The notes below the pieces were generated by a model. That model had not been told where the DNA came from. It saw only the letters and a list, made by a program, of their open reading frames with translations, and did not search any database. The position numbers were made by a program, and so were the translations under genes. Positions 28,697-38,077 of a stretch of DNA of 64,000 nucleotides are shown in pieces (position 1 is the stretch's first letter; the number at the start of each line of letters is the position of its first letter). Origin of the DNA: an uncultured Planctomycetales bacterium (lineage in GTDB: Bacteria > Planctomycetota > MHYJ01 > JACPRB01); contig CAYXVY010000079.1 in the NCBI GenBank assembly GCA_964468745.1, positions 7,660-71,659 of the forward strand, given 5' to 3'.

Positions 28697-30724
28697 TCAC
28701 AGAGACTTCAGGAAGAACTCACACACTCTGGCTTCCATCGCCGCCCTGCCCTTCTCGCTCCTGGGCATGTGACGCTCCTCGGGATAGGTCAGCTGCTCGT
28801 GCGGCTTGTTTGCCTCGAGAAGCGCGTGCAGCAGCCGCGCGGTGTGCCGGAAGTGCACGTTCTCGTCGAGCATCCCGTGGATCACGAGCAGCTTGCCGCG
28901 CAGGTTCTCCACGTGCGTCATCACGGCGCTCCGCTTGTATCCCTCCGGATTCGACTGCGGCGTGCGCATGTAGCGCTCCGTGTAGTGCGTATCGTAGCCG
29001 TCCCAGTGCGTGACGGGCGCCCCCGCCACGCCGGCCTTGAACACCTCGGGGGCGCGACACAGTCCCATCAGCGTCATGTATCCACCGTAGCTCCAGCCGT
29101 ACAGGCCGACCCGATCGCCGTCGACGAGCCCGAGCTTCTGCGCGTAGCGGACCCCGTCCACCTGGTCGCGCACCTCGATGTCGCCCATGTTCTCCGCGAT
29201 CGTCCCCTCGAACGCGAGCCCCCGGCGCGCGCTCCCACGATTGTCGACCTTGAGAACAACGAACCCCTGCTGCGCGAGGTACTGCGCACGCATGTCGACC
29301 GTCCCCAGCCACGTGTCCTGCACGGTCTGCACATGCGGCCCGCCGTAGACTGCCACGATGAGCGGCGCCGGGGTCTTCTCCGGTTTGTAGATCATTCCGT
29401 ACAACGTCGCGCCGTCTCGCGATGGGAACGATACGATCTCCGGTGCGGGCAGGTCAATCGCCTCCGGAGTCTCATGGATAATGTGGCGCACGCGGCCGTC
29501 CACTTCGCGAAGCGTGATCCGCGGCGGCTGCGTCCGGCTCTCCCACAGATCGACCCACGACGTGCCGTCGCGCGCGACGACCGCATCGTGCCAGCCGGGC
29601 TCCTTCGAGATTCGTTCGGGCGCCCCGCCGGACAGCGGCACGCGCCAGATCTGACGCTCAACGGGGTTTCCGCCTCCGCTCGCGTACCACACGTGCGTCC
29701 GGGTGGCGCGCAACACTGCATCGATCGGCCAGTCGCCGCTCGTGAGCTGTCGCACGATCTTGTCGTCACGATAGAGATAGAGGTGCTTGAAGCCGCTGCG
29801 CTCGCTCGCCCACACGTGCTCCCCCGAGTCGAGCACACGCAGGTCGTCGTGCAGGTTGACCCAGAACTTTGACTCCTCGGTGACGAGCGTCCGGCCCGTC
29901 CCTGTCGCGGCGTCGTACGCCCGCAGCTCGAGCCGCCGCTGATCGCGCGACTGAAGCTGGACGAAGAGTCGCCCGTCCGGCGCCCAGGCGACGCGCGCGA
30001 GGTATTCGAAGCCGCCGAGATCCATCCACGTAACCGCGCCGCCAGCGACGGCAACCACGCCAAGCCGCACCTGTGGATTGGCCGCGCCCGCGAACGGGTA
30101 GCGGTGCTCCTCGATCTCGAGCGCGTCCTTGCCTTGGTGCATGATCGGATAGATCGGAATGTGGCGCTCGTCGGCCTGCTCGAAGGCGACGTGCTTCCCA
30201 TCGCGCGAGATCCAGAGGCCGGTGAACCGGTGCATCTCCTCCTGTGCGCAGTAGTCGGCGAGGCCGTTGGTGACGCCCGGCTGCGCATCAAAGGTGAGCT
30301 GCCGGCCGCTGGCCCACACTTCGTTGCCGCTGACCCAGGCGAGGATCTTGCCGTCGTGCGACAATTGCGCCTCGGTGACGTCGCGCGCCACCGTTTTCCC
30401 ATCGACGACCGCATCGCCTCTCAACGGCACGAGCAGGACGTTCGCGTCCGCGGCCCACGCGTAGTGGGTGATGCCCGTTTCGCGCAGTCGCTGCCGTTCC
30501 CGCCGGAGCGTCTCTTCACGGGAAAAAGTCTCTTCGGTGGCGCCCGAGAAGAGAATTCGTCGCTCGCCGGTGGCCAGATCCATTTCCCAGAGCTGGCGGG
30601 CCAAATCGCCCCTTTCGCTCCACAGGAAGGTCAGGCACCGTCCGTCGGGGGTAAAGGCGGTCTTGCCGGGGACCGCCGTGCCGGGTCGGGGGAACCGGGC
30701 AGCAACTTCAGGGTTGATCTTCAC
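28697..30724 (-). CDS. S9-family serine peptidase (dipeptidyl-peptidase IV / prolyl oligopeptidase-like): beta-propeller plus alpha/beta hydrolase
   Basis: Catalytic GWSYGGY nucleophile motif and a downstream Asp/His pair (GMLDENVHF). The N-terminal ~400 aa has a DPP-IV-type propeller. Confidence 0.85.
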   Translation of the reverse strand: MKINPEVAARFPRPGTAVPGKTAFTPDGRCLTFLWSERGDLARQLWEMDLATGERRILFSGATEETFSREETLRRERQRLRETGITHYAWAADANVLLVPLRGDAVVDGKTVARDVTEAQLSHDGKILAWVSGNEVWASGRQLTFDAQPGVTNGLADYCAQEEMHRFTGLWISRDGKHVAFEQADERHIPIYPIMHQGKDALEIEEHRYPFAGAANPQVRLGVVAVAGGAVTWMDLGGFEYLARVAWAPDGRLFVQLQSRDQRRLELRAYDAATGTGRTLVTEESKFWVNLHDDLRVLDSGEHVWASERSGFKHLYLYRDDKIVRQLTSGDWPIDAVLRATRTHVWYASGGGNPVERQIWRVPLSGGAPERISKEPGWHDAVVARDGTSWVDLWESRTQPPRITLREVDGRVRHIIHETPEAIDLPAPEIVSFPSRDGATLYGMIYKPEKTPAPLIVAVYGGPHVQTVQDTWLGTVDMRAQYLAQQGFVVLKVDNRGSARRGLAFEGTIAENMGDIEVRDQVDGVRYAQKLGLVDGDRVGLYGWSYGGYMTLMGLCRAPEVFKAGVAGAPVTHWDGYDTHYTERYMRTPQSNPEGYKRSAVMTHVENLRGKLLVIHGMLDENVHFRHTARLLHALLEANKPHEQLTYPEERHMPRSEKGRAAMEARVCEFFLKSL

Positions 30725-30803
30725 GGGAAAAAGATTATAGTCGTAACCCTCGTAAGGTGCTTCTTCTCAGAACGGGTACACCAGTTATCAAACAGGAGGA
30801 TTC

Positions 30804-31430
30804 ATGCGGTTTTTGATCGCGCTCCCGCTCATCGCAGCCCTGTGCGCGTGCGACAGCGGTTCCACGACAACCAAGCCGGGCGACACGTCGAAGCCCGGGG
30901 ACACGGCCAAGCCGGGCGACACGGCCAAGCCCGCCCAGCCCGCCGCGAAGGCTCCCCCCGATGCGTGGGAGACCTGGAACAAGTGCGGCGTCGGAACGTC
31001 CATCAAGGTCGAGATGGACACCGCCGGCACCAAGATGGTGACGACCAAGACGCTCGCCACGAAGGGCGACGCGGAGCACGTCCTGAAGACCGAGCTGATC
31101 ATGAAGGTCGGCGACCAGGAAATGAAGACGCCGGGCGAAGAGAAGGTTGCGAAGCCGAAGGCGGGCGGCGCCGCGGACGGCAACTGCGCCCTCTGCAAGA
31201 AGGCGTACAAGGATCACAAGGACGAGGCCAAGTGGTCCGACGAGAAGGTCAAGGTCGGCGACAAGGAAGTCAGCGCCATGAAGTGGGAAGCTCCGGCCAA
31301 GCAGTGCGACGGCTCGGACAACCCGGGCAAGGGCATGACGATGTGGTACAGCGCCGAAGTGCCGGGCGGCATGGTGAAGATGGAAACCGCCACGATGAAG
31401 ATGACGACCATCGCGATGGACAAGAAGTAG
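30804..31430 (+). CDS. Lipoprotein with (T/S)KPGDTAKP tandem repeats, hypothetical
   Basis: AGGAGGA RBS 6 nt upstream. Signal peptide plus Cys (MRFLIALPLIAALCAC) and a KPGDT repeat region. Followed by a canonical terminator. Confidence 0.6.
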   Translation: MRFLIALPLIAALCACDSGSTTTKPGDTSKPGDTAKPGDTAKPAQPAAKAPPDAWETWNKCGVGTSIKVEMDTAGTKMVTTKTLATKGDAEHVLKTELIMKVGDQEMKTPGEEKVAKPKAGGAADGNCALCKKAYKDHKDEAKWSDEKVKVGDKEVSAMKWEAPAKQCDGSDNPGKGMTMWYSAEVPGGMVKMETATMKMTTIAMDKK

Positions 31431-31460
31431 ACACGGTCGACATCCAACGCTAGAAACAAC

Positions 31461-31496
31461 GGGGGCGGAAGGGCAACCTTCCGCCCCTGTTTTTTA
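31461..31496 (+). terminator. Rho-independent terminator (GC stem plus T7 tract) after the lipoprotein gene
   Basis: GGGGGCGGAAGG-GCAA-CCTTCCGCCCC followed by TGTTTTTTAT. The egtD ATG starts immediately after the T-run. Confidence 0.7.
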
Positions 31497-32422
31497 TGGA
31501 CCGATTTACGCTCACCGAAACCCCGATCCGCGACTCGTTCGTCGAAGCGGTGCGGGCCGGGCTGGCGGCACGCCCGCGCAGCATCCCACCACGCTTTTTC
31601 TACGACGCCGCGGGGTCCGAGCTCTTCGAGAGAATCTGCGCGCTGCCCGAGTACTATGTCACGCGGACCGAGATCTCGATCCTCGATCGCCACGCCGCCG
31701 AGCTTCCGACGGCTCCGACCGTGATCGAGTTCGGGTGCGGCTACGGCGTGAAGACCCGCCTGCTGTTCGACGCGTTTTTCCGCACGCAAGACCGCATGAC
31801 GTACGTGCCGGTGGACATCTCGAAGAATGCGCTGACGGAGGCCGCGGGGCTCCTGCTGCGCGACTACGCGGGCCTGACGATTCGGGCGTTGCACGCGGAG
31901 TTCGATCGGGCGTTCGAGCTGCTGCCGCGCGAGCCCGCGCTCGTCCTTTTCCTGGGCTCGAACATCGGAAATTTCACGATCGACGAGGCCGTCCACTTTC
32001 TCGCGCGCCTTCGAGGCCACCGCGTGCTCGTGGGCTTCGACCGGGTCAAGGACCCGCACGTGCTGCACGCCGCCTACAACGATGCGGCCGGGGTCACCGC
32101 CGCGTTCAATCTCAATCTGCTGTCGCGCGTCAACCGGGAGCTCGGCGGCGCGTTCGATCTCGGGCGGTGGGAGCACCGGTCGTTCTACGACGAGCGGACG
32201 GACCGCATCGAAATGCACCTCGTCTCGAAGGCCGCGCAAAGCGTGCGCATCGCGGCGCTGGACCGGACCTTCTCCTTTGACGCCGGCGAGGGGATCCATA
32301 CGGAAAACTCTCACAAGTTCACGCCGGCCTCGATCGCGCGGATCGCCACGGAGAGCGGATTCCGGATCTCGCGCACCTGGTCGGACGAGAAAGAGTGGTT
32401 CTCGGTCGCGTTGCTAGAATAG
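31496..32422 (+). CDS. egtD: L-histidine N-alpha-methyltransferase (ergothioneine biosynthesis, EgtD)
   Basis: EgtD-family hallmarks: PPRFFYDAAGSELFERICALPEYYVTRTE, EFGCGYG, AAYNDAAGVTAAFNLNLLSRVNRELGGAFDL, RIEMHL. Length 308 aa. Confidence 0.9.
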   Translation: MDRFTLTETPIRDSFVEAVRAGLAARPRSIPPRFFYDAAGSELFERICALPEYYVTRTEISILDRHAAELPTAPTVIEFGCGYGVKTRLLFDAFFRTQDRMTYVPVDISKNALTEAAGLLLRDYAGLTIRALHAEFDRAFELLPREPALVLFLGSNIGNFTIDEAVHFLARLRGHRVLVGFDRVKDPHVLHAAYNDAAGVTAAFNLNLLSRVNRELGGAFDLGRWEHRSFYDERTDRIEMHLVSKAAQSVRIAALDRTFSFDAGEGIHTENSHKFTPASIARIATESGFRISRTWSDEKEWFSVALLE

Positions 32423-32426
32423 CTTC

Positions 32427-33728
32427 GTGATCGCCGGCATCGTCTCCTCGAAGCACCTCCTCGATGCGCTCACGGACGCGCGCAGGACGGAACTGGAGCT
32501 GCTCAACGGGTTCGCCGACGCCCAGCTGCTGGGAAAGAAGGCTCACTTTCTCGAGCCACCCATCTGGGAGATGGGGCACGTGGGCTGGTTCCAGGAGTAC
32601 TGGCTGCTGCGTCACCTGGACGGAGCGCGGTCGCTCTTCCCCGGCTCCGACGGCATCTACGACTCATTCAACGTTTCGTACAAGCTCCGCTGGGACCACC
32701 GTTATCCATCACGAGAGGAGACGCGCGCCTTCATCGACGAGGTCTTCGCGCGCAGCATCGGCCGGCTCGAATCGCGCGAACCGGAGCCCGACGACGCGTA
32801 CTTCTACACGCTTGCCGCCTTGCATGAAGACATGCACTCCGAAAATCTCGCCCTCGTCCTGCAGACGCTGGGGTACGCGAAACCCCGGCTTTCGGCTGCG
32901 GATGCGCGTTTCGTGCACCCTCGCGTCAATCCGGCGTGGACGCCGGCCGACGTTGCGGTGCCGGGAGGCCCGTTCATGCTCGGCGCCCCGCCGTCCGAGC
33001 CGTTCGTCTTCGACAACGAAAAGTGGGAGCATGGCGTCGAGGTGCAGCCCTTCCGGATCGCGACGACCCCCGTGACGAACGCCCAGTTCCAGGCATTCGT
33101 GGACGACGGCGGCTACCGGAGGCGCGAGTGCTGGAGCACGCGCGGCTGGGACTGGCGGCGACGAGAAGGCGCGGAACACCCTCTTTTCTGGGTTCGCGAC
33201 GCGACCGGCGGATGGTTCGAGCGCGCCTTCGACCTCGTCGTACCGCTGCGAGCCTGGCACCCGGCAGCGCATGTCAACTGGTACGAAGCCGAAGCGTGGT
33301 GCCGCTGGGCTGGCCGGCGCCTGCCGACCGAGGCGGAGTGGGAAATGGCGGCGACGCTGGACCCGGCGACCGGTCACAAGCGCCGCTTTCCCTGGGGCGA
33401 CGACTCGCCGACGGCGGCTCGCGCGAATCTCGATTTCCGGGCGGGGGGCACGATCGACGTGCGCGCGCTGCCCGCCGGCGACAGCCCCTGCGGCTGCCGG
33501 CAGATGATCGGAAACGTCTGGGAATGGGTCTCCGATACCTTCGAGGCCTACCCCGGATTCGAGCGCGACCCTTACAAGGAATACTCCCAGCCGTACTTCG
33601 GGAACAAGAAGGTCTTGAAGGGAGGCGGCTGGACGACGCGCTCGCGCCTCATCCGCGCCACGTGGCGCAACTTCTTCAAGCGGCAGCGCCGAAACGTCGT
33701 CGCCGGCTTCCGGACGGTGGCACGATGA
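32427..33728 (+). CDS. egtB: Ergothioneine biosynthesis sulfoxide synthase EgtB (DinB_2 N-terminal domain plus FGE-sulfatase C-terminal domain)
   Basis: DinB-like N-terminus (WEMGHVGWFQEYW), FGE-type C-terminus (GNVWEWVSD, KGGGWTT) and the EgtB-type ending NFFKRQRRNVVAGFRTVAR. GTG start 4 nt after the egtD stop. Confidence 0.9.
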   Translation: MIAGIVSSKHLLDALTDARRTELELLNGFADAQLLGKKAHFLEPPIWEMGHVGWFQEYWLLRHLDGARSLFPGSDGIYDSFNVSYKLRWDHRYPSREETRAFIDEVFARSIGRLESREPEPDDAYFYTLAALHEDMHSENLALVLQTLGYAKPRLSAADARFVHPRVNPAWTPADVAVPGGPFMLGAPPSEPFVFDNEKWEHGVEVQPFRIATTPVTNAQFQAFVDDGGYRRRECWSTRGWDWRRREGAEHPLFWVRDATGGWFERAFDLVVPLRAWHPAAHVNWYEAEAWCRWAGRRLPTEAEWEMAATLDPATGHKRRFPWGDDSPTAARANLDFRAGGTIDVRALPAGDSPCGCRQMIGNVWEWVSDTFEAYPGFERDPYKEYSQPYFGNKKVLKGGGWTTRSRLIRATWRNFFKRQRRNVVAGFRTVAR

Positions 33729-34888
33729 CTTCGTACTTGATGCTCTATACGGAGCCCCCGACGCGGCGGCTTTTCGAGAACGAGCGACCCGGCCGGCTCA
33801 TCTTCGCGAGCGACGAGGTCACCGCCGCCGATCGCGACGTCTACGACGAGTGCATCGAGCTTCCTCCGATCACCGATCTCGAGGGAACGCTCGACGCGCT
33901 TTCCGACGCCCGCGCCGACCGCGTCATTGCGCAGACCGAATACGGGCTCCTGCCGGCCGCCCTCATGGGCGCCTGCGACAGGATGGCGGCCTTCCTCTGC
34001 ACCAACAAGTGGATGAGCCGCTGCACGCTCGCGCGCGAGGGGGTTCTGGTGCCGCGCTTCGCGCTCGTCGAAAACGCCGCGCAGATCCGCGCCTCCGGAC
34101 TCCGCTATCCCCTCGTCCTAAAGCCGGTCGCATCCACCCTCGGCCGGCATGTCCTGCGCGTGGACGCCGACTACCAGCTTGACATGCGTGTCGGCGCCAT
34201 CAAGACGGCGCTGCCGACGGCCGTCGACATCCGGCGCTGCGCCGAGTTCGCGCGCCTGGCGAAATTCGACATGGGGTGCGACCCGACACGCCAGTTCATC
34301 GTGGAGGAGTTCATCGACGCCCCCGCCTTCGAGATGGACGGGTACGTTCTCAACGGCCGCATCGAGAACTTCGGGGTGATCGAGCAAGTCACGAGTGCGC
34401 CGCCGCGGTTTTTCATCGAGGGGTACAAGCTGCCGGCCGACGGCGTCTGGCTCGACGACGCGCACGTGAAGCCGATCCACGCGAGCCGGCTCTCTGAGAT
34501 GGGCTTTGCGATCGAATTCCGAGGCTCCCGCGTGATCGAGGTCAACGGCAGGCTCGGCGAGGACGCGGGATTCCCGGATCTCTTCCGCGCGGCGGTCGGC
34601 GAGGCTCCGATCCTCTCATGGATGGCGGGCAAGCAAGCCCCTGCGCAGGCCGTAGCACGCGCGGCCATCGCGTACTACAACCGCTACGAGACGGGCCGTG
34701 TGAAGTCGGTGGACGCGCCGCCCGGGGTTACCGTGCTCGTGAAACCCGGCGACCTCGTGGACATGCGCAGCATCTACCACAACGGACCGCACGTGGCGTA
34801 CGCCATCGCCACTCACGCGATCAGCAGCCACGCCGCCTACGGGAAGGCTCGCGGGCTGATCCAGCGGACGCGCATCGAATTCGAATGA
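33725..34888 (+). CDS. ATP-grasp domain ligase, translationally coupled to egtB
   Basis: ATG overlaps the egtB TGA (ATGA). ATP-grasp fold features are present (RYPLVLKP...GRHVLRV, EEFIDAPAFEMDGYV, VIEVNGRLGED). The substrate is unknown. Confidence 0.75.
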   Translation: MTSYLMLYTEPPTRRLFENERPGRLIFASDEVTAADRDVYDECIELPPITDLEGTLDALSDARADRVIAQTEYGLLPAALMGACDRMAAFLCTNKWMSRCTLAREGVLVPRFALVENAAQIRASGLRYPLVLKPVASTLGRHVLRVDADYQLDMRVGAIKTALPTAVDIRRCAEFARLAKFDMGCDPTRQFIVEEFIDAPAFEMDGYVLNGRIENFGVIEQVTSAPPRFFIEGYKLPADGVWLDDAHVKPIHASRLSEMGFAIEFRGSRVIEVNGRLGEDAGFPDLFRAAVGEAPILSWMAGKQAPAQAVARAAIAYYNRYETGRVKSVDAPPGVTVLVKPGDLVDMRSIYHNGPHVAYAIATHAISSHAAYGKARGLIQRTRIEFE

Positions 34889-35093
34889 TCGTCGCGAACA
34901 TCCGCCGGTCGGTGCGCGAGGCGCTCGGCGGCAACGTGAGCTTCCTGCGGGCAGGACGCCTCGCGATGTCGCGCGCCGCCCCATCGTGCGCCGCAGCAGC
35001 GACACGTGGACGGTCGGAGGCTTCGGCGGCGATGGCCTCGCGCTGGCGCCCGCGGTCGCCGAGCAGATTGCAGAAAGTCTCCTCACGTCATAG
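34885..35093 (+). pseudogene. Possible frameshifted remnant of the C-terminus of a DAO-family FAD-dependent oxidoreductase
   Basis: Frame 1 from the ATG at 34885 reads MIVANIRRSVREALGGNVSFLRAGRL. Frame 0 then continues ...SDTWTVGGFGGDGLALAPAVAEQIAESLLTS*, which resembles the conserved C-terminal GHG..GL.LAP..G.LLAELI region of DAO-type flavoenzymes. No single intact frame spans both pieces. Confidence 0.3.
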
Positions 35094-35102
35094 GCTAGTG
35101 GC

Positions 35103-35318
35103 GTGGGCGACACCCTCAAGCGCAACAGGAAGGTTGAGGACCTCGAGGTCATCATCGACGAGCTCGCGCTGAAGCTCCGCGCGCTTGAGGAACTGTGCCT
35201 CAAGAAGAGGATGTTCACGCGGGCGGAGCTGCGCGCCTTGGCGCACGAGATCGACGCGGTGGACGGCCAGATGGACGGCCGGGTGAAGCGCTTCCACACG
35301 CCGCGCCGCGGCGATTAG
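35103..35318 (+). CDS. Small (71 aa) coiled-coil protein, hypothetical
   Basis: GTG-initiated ORF in a 435-bp gap. Heptad-like region VEDLEVIIDELALKLRALEELCLKK. No RBS identified. Weak call. Confidence 0.25.
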   Translation: MGDTLKRNRKVEDLEVIIDELALKLRALEELCLKKRMFTRAELRALAHEIDAVDGQMDGRVKRFHTPRRGD

Positions 35319-35323
35319 CCCTG

Positions 35324-36058
35324 ATGGGCGGCGACGCGACCACGATCGGAGGCGACGGCCGCACGTTTCCCGCAACGCGGTGGTCGCAGATCCGTGCGGC
35401 GGGCGATCCACGGTCGCCACGTCACCGCGAGGCGCTCGACGAGCTGTGTCGCGCATACTGGAAGCCCGCGTACGCATACCTGCGCTCGCTTCGCGATCTG
35501 TCGAACGAGGACGCGAAGGACCTCACGCAGGAGTTCCTCCTCGAGGCGATCGAGGGAGGCCTCCTCGCCCGGGTGCCGCGCGACGGGTCGGGCTTCCGCG
35601 CCTACCTCCGGGGCGCCCTGAAACTTTTCCTGCTCGAGCGACGCCGCGCGGCGGGGGCGCAGAAGCGCGGCGGCGACCGCACCCTCGTAAGTCTCGACGA
35701 CGCGGCGCTCGTCGAGCGGCATTCAGTGGGATCCGACCGCACCCCCGAGCAGGCGTTCGACGCCGAGTGGGCGCGCACGCTGATCGACCGCGCCGTCGAC
35801 GCCCTGAAACAGGAGCTGGCCGAGGGGGGGCGCGACGTCGTCTTCCGCGTCTTCGAGCGCTACGAGCTCAATCCGACGCCGGACGCCCCGACGTACGCTG
35901 CGATCGCGGCGGAATTCCGCGTCAACGAGACGGACGTGACGAACTGGCTCGCGTCGTGCCGCAAGCGGCTGCGCGCTCTCATCGAGGAACGGATCCGTGA
36001 CACCCTCGACAGCGAATCGGATCTCGCGACCGAGCTGCTCGACCTGTTCACGCGTTAG
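35324..36058 (+). CDS. ECF-type RNA polymerase sigma factor (Planctomycete/Verrucomicrobia-style TRWS region 2)
   Basis: N-terminal TRWSQIRAAGDP...REALDELCRAYWKPAYAYL matches the region-2 signature of this ECF subgroup. The C-terminal region contains an HTH-like segment. ATG at 35324. Confidence 0.65.
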   Translation: MGGDATTIGGDGRTFPATRWSQIRAAGDPRSPRHREALDELCRAYWKPAYAYLRSLRDLSNEDAKDLTQEFLLEAIEGGLLARVPRDGSGFRAYLRGALKLFLLERRRAAGAQKRGGDRTLVSLDDAALVERHSVGSDRTPEQAFDAEWARTLIDRAVDALKQELAEGGRDVVFRVFERYELNPTPDAPTYAAIAAEFRVNETDVTNWLASCRKRLRALIEERIRDTLDSESDLATELLDLFTR

Positions 36059-36097
36059 CGCTGCCTGCCACAGAGTCCCCGGCCACAGAGGGACAGA

Positions 36098-37540
36098 CTA
36101 ATTCCGAAGTCGATACACCGAGGCGCCCGCATCCTCGTACTCGGGCTGCAGGCCGACCCGCTCGGCGAGCCGGCGATGCCTCGCGCGCAGGATCAGCCAG
36201 TTCGACTTGAAGACGTCTCCCAGCTCCTGTGCGACGAGCGGCCGGCGACCCGCGAGAACCTGCTCGATCAGCTGCAGCTTTTCCTTCGAGCGCACATACA
36301 TGAACATCGAGTCGAGCCCGACGAGATACCGGTGCGTGGGATCAAAATGGAAGAGCTGGACGAAGTCGCCCCACTCGAGGTGGACGACCGTCTCATTGGG
36401 CGGGATGTTCTCCTTCATCCACCGGCAGGCGCCGACCACGTCCGGGCCCGGGTAGTTCTTCACCGCCGTCCGTGCGTTTCCCATCGAGAAGACCGTCAGC
36501 CCGATGAACGCGACCGCCGCCGCCGCGGCCACGCCCGCGCGCGCGCGCGTCCACGCGGTCACCGGCCACAGGTCGCTCGTGACGGACGCTGCCGCGAGAA
36601 GCGCGAGCGGCGCGAAGTACTCGACGAATCGCGAGGACATGCAATAGAGCCCGAAGCCGCCGAGCATGTAGCAGATCATCAGGCGCGAGCGGCGGCTCAA
36701 CGGCATGTCGGCGAGCGCCGTGGCCGCGAGCGTTCCGATGAAGCAGAGGAACGCGCCCGAGGAGGCGAGCGTGAGCGAACGGCCGTCGAACTCGACGCCG
36801 AGCCGCGCGCCGATGTCGCCCCCCAGGCCCCACGCCTGCGTCATGATCTGCACGTTCATGATCCACCACATGTGCAGGTCGTTCGGGAAGTACGGGTGGA
36901 ACAGCAGGCCCCCAACCACGCCCCCCGCCGCCCACGCGACCCCGCGCCATTCAAAGCGACCGTCGACGGCCCGGCGCGCCAGCGCGTCCAGGATCGCAAA
37001 CGCGACGAGAAGATGCGGCGCGGAGTAGCTCCACGAATAGAGGAATCCGACGAGCGCGAGCCACTTCCACCGCGTCGAGAGCATCACGTGAATGCCGAGC
37101 AACAGGAGGAGGAGCGACAGCAGCTGCGGCCGCACGTACTGCAAACGGAAGAGGAAATGGTTGCCGAGCGCCGGCACGAGGGCGATCCAGAGCCACGGCC
37201 AGCGCACCTGGTGCTTCGTGAGGATGAGGAGCAGGACGCCGATCACCGCGCACCCGAGCATCCACGTGAGCCCCTTCGCGCCCGGGATGACCCACGTGCC
37301 GCGGCAGAACGGCGCCAGAAGGACGTGAAAAAGAAACTCCTTGTCGCTGAACCGGTCGCTCCAGACGCTCTCCTGCGCCCACGGGAACTCTCTCGAGAGC
37401 CCGCGCTCGGGCATCAGCTGCGCGTAGCGGGCGTGGTAGTAGCTGTCGCGGTCCACGAGGTGGTCGGTGCCGAACTGGAGCACCGCCAGGGCGATGAAGG
37501 CCCAGAGCGCGGCGCCTTGAGCGAGAAACCAGCGCGACAT
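36098..37540 (-). CDS. Polytopic integral membrane protein, possibly a GT-C-type glycosyltransferase (ArnT/PMT-like)
   Basis: At least 11 predicted TM helices, a DxD/ExD-containing first loop (LVDRDSYYHARY) and a ~100-aa soluble C-terminal domain. Family not assignable from sequence alone. Confidence 0.6.
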   Translation of the reverse strand: MSRWFLAQGAALWAFIALAVLQFGTDHLVDRDSYYHARYAQLMPERGLSREFPWAQESVWSDRFSDKEFLFHVLLAPFCRGTWVIPGAKGLTWMLGCAVIGVLLLILTKHQVRWPWLWIALVPALGNHFLFRLQYVRPQLLSLLLLLLGIHVMLSTRWKWLALVGFLYSWSYSAPHLLVAFAILDALARRAVDGRFEWRGVAWAAGGVVGGLLFHPYFPNDLHMWWIMNVQIMTQAWGLGGDIGARLGVEFDGRSLTLASSGAFLCFIGTLAATALADMPLSRRSRLMICYMLGGFGLYCMSSRFVEYFAPLALLAAASVTSDLWPVTAWTRARAGVAAAAAVAFIGLTVFSMGNARTAVKNYPGPDVVGACRWMKENIPPNETVVHLEWGDFVQLFHFDPTHRYLVGLDSMFMYVRSKEKLQLIEQVLAGRRPLVAQELGDVFKSNWLILRARHRRLAERVGLQPEYEDAGASVYRLRN

Positions 37541-37625
37541 GCTAGCTCAATCGCATATAGCGGATAGCACATAGCAAATCGGCCGGAATCGATCTGCTAT
37601 CTGGTCTCTGCTATCTGCGATTCCT
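37541..37625 (-). promoter_or_regulatory. Low-GC, repeat-rich intergenic region upstream of the membrane-protein gene: three ATAGC direct repeats facing two GCTAT inverse copies, plus a GCTAGC palindrome
   Basis: Read directly: gctagctcaatcgcatATAGCggATAGCacATAGCaaatcggccggaatcgatctGCTATctggtctctGCTATctgcg. GC content is far below the window average. Confidence 0.4.
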
Positions 37626-38057
37626 CTATTGCTGCAGGGAGCCGCTGCCGGAGCACGTGGTGCAGGACCACCGCTCCTTGCCCTGGCACTTGGGGCATGC
37701 CGCGGCGTCGCCCTTGCCGCTGCAGCGCTGGCACGTCGAATATGTTTGCGGGTCGCGGCCGGTCCCCTTGCAGCCGGAACACTTCGGCCGACCGTCCTTG
37801 CAGTTCGTGCAGACGATGGTCTTTCTGCCGCGGCAGTCGGGACAGGTCTTCGAGCCGCCCATGCCGCTGGCGATGCCGACGATCACCACGACCGCGATCA
37901 GGAGGCCGCCGATGATGATGCCGTACTTGGCGCCGTCTCCCATATCCCGCGGCTTCTTCTTCGCCGCCACGGCGGGTTCGAATTCCGCGCCGCAATGCTT
38001 GCACGACAACGCCGTCGCGCTGACGTCCTCACCACATGCCGGACACGAGCTGGCCAT
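37626..38057 (-). CDS. Membrane-anchored multi-CxxC zinc-ribbon protein (DnaJ-type CxxCxGxG repeats)
   Basis: N-terminal Cys pairs (CPACGED...CKHCGAE), a TM helix (YGIIIGGLLIAVVVIVGIA), then six CxxC pairs (CPDCRGRK, CTNCKDG, CSGCKGTG, CQRCSGKG, CPKCQGKE, CTTCSGSG). Confidence 0.7.
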   Translation of the reverse strand: MASSCPACGEDVSATALSCKHCGAEFEPAVAAKKKPRDMGDGAKYGIIIGGLLIAVVVIVGIASGMGGSKTCPDCRGRKTIVCTNCKDGRPKCSGCKGTGRDPQTYSTCQRCSGKGDAAACPKCQGKERWSCTTCSGSGSLQQ

Positions 38058-38077
38058 AACACAATCCTCCGACGCCG

